Below, piece after piece: positions 60,669 to 64,000 of a stretch of 64,000 bases of DNA. Made by a program: the position numbers and the translations under genes. The stretch is taken from NCBI GenBank assembly GCA_963764705.1, contig CAVXTR010000004.1, positions 263,752 through 327,751 on the forward strand, in the 5' to 3' direction. The notes beneath the pieces are model-generated. The model was not told the origin of the DNA and made no database searches. It saw only the letters and a program-made list of their open reading frames with translations. The DNA is from an uncultured Alphaproteobacteria bacterium. GTDB taxonomy: Bacteria; Pseudomonadota; Alphaproteobacteria; Rhizobiales; Xanthobacteraceae. Position 1 is the first letter of the stretch. The number at the start of each line of letters is the position of its first letter.

Positions 60669-61607
60669 CTACTTCGTAATCCCGTCGATCTCCGCGATCT
60701 CATCCGCGCTCAGCGCCCAGCCGATCGCTTTCACGTTCTGCTCGACCTGTTCGACGCGGGTGGCGCCAGCGATGACGCTTGCGACTTGCGGGCGCGACGC
60801 CAGCCAGGAGAAGGCGAGTTCGAGCATGCTGTGGCCGCGGGCCTTTGCGAACGCCTCGAGCTTTTCGACGATGTCCTCGTTGCGGGGCGTGACGTAGCGG
60901 TCCTTCAAGGCGGGCGCCTTGGCGAAACGCGTATCGGCGGGGGCCGCTGCGCCGCGCTGGTATTTTCCGGTCAGAAGTCCGCTCGCCAGCGGGAAGAACG
61001 GCAGCAATCCCAGTTTGTATTCCCGCGCCGCCGGCAACAGATCCTTTTCGATGCCGCGCACCACCAGGCTGTATTCGTCCTGGCAGGAGACGAAGCGGCC
61101 GACATTCATCTGCCGCGCGATCAGTTCGGCTTCGGCAATGCGCCAGGCCGGGAAATTCGAATTGCCGATGTAGCGCACCTTGCCCTGGCGCACGAGATCG
61201 TCGAGCGCGCGCAAGGTTTCCTCGATCGGCGTCAGCGGATCATAATCGTGCTGCTGGTAGAGATCGATGTAGTCGGTCTTCAGCCGCGTCAGGCTGGCCT
61301 CGACGGCGGACATGATGTAGCGGCGCGAGGCGCCCTGCTTGGTGCCGTCGTTGCTCATCGGCTTGGAATATTTGGTCGCCAGCACGATGTCCTTGCGACG
61401 GTCGCCGAGCACCTGGCCCAGCACGGTCTCGGAGCCGCCCATGCCGGCATAGATGTCCGCGGTGTCGAATAGCGTGATGCCGAGGTCGATCGCCTTGTGG
61501 ATCACCTTGCGCGAGGTTTCCAGATCGGTGCGCTGGCCGAAATTGTTGCAGCCGAGGCCGACGGCGGACACGCGCAGGCCGGAGCCGCCGAGATTGCGAA
61601 TTTGCAT
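60669..61607 (-). CDS. Aldo/keto reductase
   Basis: GLGCNNFG, FDTADIY, LATK, IDLYQQH, GKVRYIG, PLASGLLTGKY. Confidence 0.93.
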   Translation of the reverse strand: MQIRNLGGSGLRVSAVGLGCNNFGQRTDLETSRKVIHKAIDLGITLFDTADIYAGMGGSETVLGQVLGDRRKDIVLATKYSKPMSNDGTKQGASRRYIMSAVEASLTRLKTDYIDLYQQHDYDPLTPIEETLRALDDLVRQGKVRYIGNSNFPAWRIAEAELIARQMNVGRFVSCQDEYSLVVRGIEKDLLPAAREYKLGLLPFFPLASGLLTGKYQRGAAAPADTRFAKAPALKDRYVTPRNEDIVEKLEAFAKARGHSMLELAFSWLASRPQVASVIAGATRVEQVEQNVKAIGWALSADEIAEIDGITK

Positions 61608-61726
61608 GGATCGATCCTGTGGGGGGTGGCACGAAAGGGGCCGCCATTGTGGCCCGCGTGCCGCTGGCCCGCAAGGTGCGGTCTTACCGCGATTGGCGCC
61701 GGGCGATGCAGCAAAAAAGCATGCAG

Positions 61727-61817
61727 CAAAGAAAGATGCGGCCCCGGTCAGACGCGGCGACTGACCGGGAGCCGCTTGGGGCGCGTGATCTGAGACGGGG
61801 GGCCTGATCAAACGCAG
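61727..61817 (-). ncRNA. Candidate small RNA (C-rich loop hairpin plus intrinsic terminator)
   Basis: Minus strand tgatc-aggccccccgtctca-gatca hairpin, then gcggctcccggtcag…ctgaccggggccgc stem and tctttcttt. Confidence 0.4.
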
Positions 61818-61907
61818 GCGAAAACTAGCCGGGCTTTGTTACGCGCAAGTGACATCTGGATTTATCCACAGGCCGCCACGGCGGGCTCGCGGCCTCGTGA
61901 ACAAGGC

Positions 61908-62369
61908 TCAGAATATCCTGCGATAGACGACGAATCCCGACTTCTCCGCGACCTTGTCATAGAGCAGCATGGCGGTGTGGTTGGTCTCGTGGGTCTGCCA
62001 GTAGACCCGCGGGGATCCCGCCAGTTGCGCCTGCGCGTAGACGCCCTTGATCAGCGCCCGGCCGACGCCCTTGCCGCGCGCAGCGGCGCTGGTGAACAGG
62101 TCCTGCAGGTAACATGTAGGTTCGATCGCCGTGGTCGAACGATGAAACAGGTAATGCGTCAGGCCGAGCAACTCGCCGCCGCACTCGGCGACCAGCGCAT
62201 GCACCGGCTCGTAGCCGTCGAAGAAACGCTGCCACGTCATCGCTGTGATCTCGGGCGCCAGCGCCGTCGGCCCCGAGCGGCCATAGAACGCATTGTAGCC
62301 ATCCCATAACGGAAGCCATTGCGCGTAATCCTGGCGGGTGACGAAGCGAATGTTGACATCGCCGGACAT
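61908..62369 (-). CDS. GNAT family N-acetyltransferase
   Basis: CYLQDLFT…ARGKGVGRALI, YWQTHETN…LYDK. Confidence 0.9.
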   Translation of the reverse strand: MSGDVNIRFVTRQDYAQWLPLWDGYNAFYGRSGPTALAPEITAMTWQRFFDGYEPVHALVAECGGELLGLTHYLFHRSTTAIEPTCYLQDLFTSAAARGKGVGRALIKGVYAQAQLAGSPRVYWQTHETNHTAMLLYDKVAEKSGFVVYRRIF

Positions 62370-62493
62370 GATGGCACCTGTTTTCGGGGGAGGATGTGCG
62401 GAGAGACCCTGACCGCCGTGCACGAGAAGGAGCGCCATTCCTAGCGTTGCGGGGAGACAGGATCAATCGCCGCGATCGATCGCCGCGCCGGCT

Positions 62494-63315
62494 TCATTCC
62501 GCCGCGCGCAACTGCCGGATAAAGCTGCGGTCGCCGCCGCGCAGGGCGCGGTAGTAGTCGGCGTTGGCGGGATTGTCGCCGTGACGGACGAGGTCGGTGA
62601 CGGGGGTGTAGCTCAGCATGCGTCCGCCGTCGGGCAGCGCCGTGCAACTGAAGCGCAGCACCTCGCCGCTGGTGAGGTTGATATTGATCGGCGTGGAGTC
62701 GCCGGCCCGCATCGCCTCGGTGCGACGGGCGATGAAGCTGCCCAATTCGTCCTCTGGCAACTCCCAGGCGCCGGTGTCGCGGCCGTGATACATCAAGGCG
62801 ATGAAGGGCGGCCTGCTGTCGGCCTGTTGGTCGGAGAGCCGAAAGTAATCGCGGAAGGCGCGGTTGATGAATTCCGCGCGGGTATCCGGGCCGAGCAGCA
62901 CGATGCCGATGTCGACCTGGTCGAGCGCCGCCGACAATCGCGCCGCGGTGGCATGGTGCTTCTTCTCCCACGCGAACGCATCGATCCATTTCTGCCGCAA
63001 CAGCCCGGTGATCACGGCGGTGCCGGTCGCGGTCGCCGCCAGCATCGCCATGCGCGCGAGATCCGAAATGTCGTAGCCGGGCACCGTGCGATGATCGAGA
63101 AAGAACAGCGCCGACGAGGCCACCGCGATCACGGCGCTGATCAGGCCCAGCGCGATGCCGCTGATCGAGGCGGCAAGCGCCACGATGCAGACGAACAAGG
63201 GCGCGGGATTGGGGACGGCAACGAAGTGCCGGTCGACGACGAAGGCGGTCAACGCCGTCGCGATCATCAAAGCGGGACCCGAGATTGCGCGCCAGTCCAG
63301 CTGCATGCCCATCAT
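62494..63315 (-). CDS. Membrane sensor: DUF4118-like TM region plus PAS domain, no output domain
   Basis: Four TM segments; ALDQVDIGIVL…FINRAF…LPDGGRMLSYT PAS fold. Confidence 0.75.
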   Translation of the reverse strand: MMGMQLDWRAISGPALMIATALTAFVVDRHFVAVPNPAPLFVCIVALAASISGIALGLISAVIAVASSALFFLDHRTVPGYDISDLARMAMLAATATGTAVITGLLRQKWIDAFAWEKKHHATAARLSAALDQVDIGIVLLGPDTRAEFINRAFRDYFRLSDQQADSRPPFIALMYHGRDTGAWELPEDELGSFIARRTEAMRAGDSTPININLTSGEVLRFSCTALPDGGRMLSYTPVTDLVRHGDNPANADYYRALRGGDRSFIRQLRAAE

Positions 63316-63544
63316 CCATTGTCCGCCGACAAATCCGTTTGTCAGCCGACAAACGATTGGGCGGCCAGTCTGCCTGATCATTTCAATTGCGGTGGGCTTT
63401 CCCGTCGTATTCTTAAAAAGGCCTTGCCGGGTTTCGTGGGGCTTTCGCGTTTTTGAAAATCAAATGATAAGCGGATGGAACCGGTTTCTGCGTTCGGTCG
63501 TTGAACGCGGAGCGTTTGCACTGCAACATTTACAGAGAGAATAC

Positions 63545-63898
63545 ATGCCGACGATTTCGCCCTCGGTCCTGCCGATCCTGATGCTGTTTGCCTCCAACGT
63601 GTTCATGACCTTTGCCTGGTACGGCCATCTGAAATTCAAGGAAAGCTCGCTGCCGCTGGTAATCATGGCGAGCTGGGGCATCGCCTTCTTCGAATACTGG
63701 CTGGCGGTGCCGGCCAACCGCTGGGGCAGCGCGGTCTATTCGGCGGCCGAGCTCAAGACCATGCAGGAGGTCATCACCCTGGTGGTGTTCGCCGGCTTCT
63801 CGGTGCTCTATCTGAAGGAGCCGTTGGGGTGGAATCACGCGCTCGGCTTCGGCTTCATCGCCGCCGGCGCATTTTTCATTTTTCACAAATGGTCTTGA
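63545..63898 (+). CDS. DMT family small membrane protein (DUF486-like)
   Basis: SNVFMTFAWYGHLK, SWGIAFFEY, QEVITL. Confidence 0.88.
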   Translation: MPTISPSVLPILMLFASNVFMTFAWYGHLKFKESSLPLVIMASWGIAFFEYWLAVPANRWGSAVYSAAELKTMQEVITLVVFAGFSVLYLKEPLGWNHALGFGFIAAGAFFIFHKWS

Positions 63899-63914
63899 TG
63901 AAGAAACAAAAGCT

Positions 63915-64000
63915 TCTAGAGCCTTGTCGGTTCTGATTAAATCAGAACCGGGCTCTAGCTTTTTGTTTGACGCGTTTTCTTGACGCGAACCGGGGTCCAC
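63915..64000. repeat. Palindromic intergenic repeat, truncated by the window edge
   Basis: ctagagcc…cggttctgatt-a-aatcagaaccg…ggctctag followed by ttgacgcgttttcttgacgcgaaccgg. Confidence 0.65.

Noticed and set aside
1-64000. tRNA, rRNA, CRISPR array, IS, integrase or prophage genes
   Set aside because: No cloverleaf, regularly spaced repeat array, or transposase/recombinase motifs were seen.

Overview
GC-rich alphaproteobacterial chromosome segment. Gene content and intergenic palindromes suggest Bradyrhizobium or a close relative (inference). It carries housekeeping genes (proC, prs, pgeF, lgt, rplY, pth, ychF, uvrB, a UvrD/Rep helicase), an FMN riboswitch upstream of a type II lumazine synthase, and a form I aerobic CO dehydrogenase cluster (MHYT-LytTR regulator, coxMSL-DEF-G; CoxL motif AYRCSFR). 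About a dozen single-base frameshifts in conserved genes probably reflect assembly error and temper every frameshift claim below. The best novel candidates are: (1) a small SEC-C zinc-site gene (38073-38314), missed by the ORF track, that is only complete after two +1 shifts, both at TTT-C; (2) a ~2 kb cassette (secreted DRGH nuclease plus two paralogous small membrane proteins) bounded by 35-bp direct repeats; (3) two adjacent exported proteins (58538-60659) sharing an unrecognised Cys-bracketed ~75-aa domain; (4) a candidate anti-SD small RNA near 61.7-61.8 kb. No tRNA, rRNA, CRISPR array, transposase or integrase was seen.
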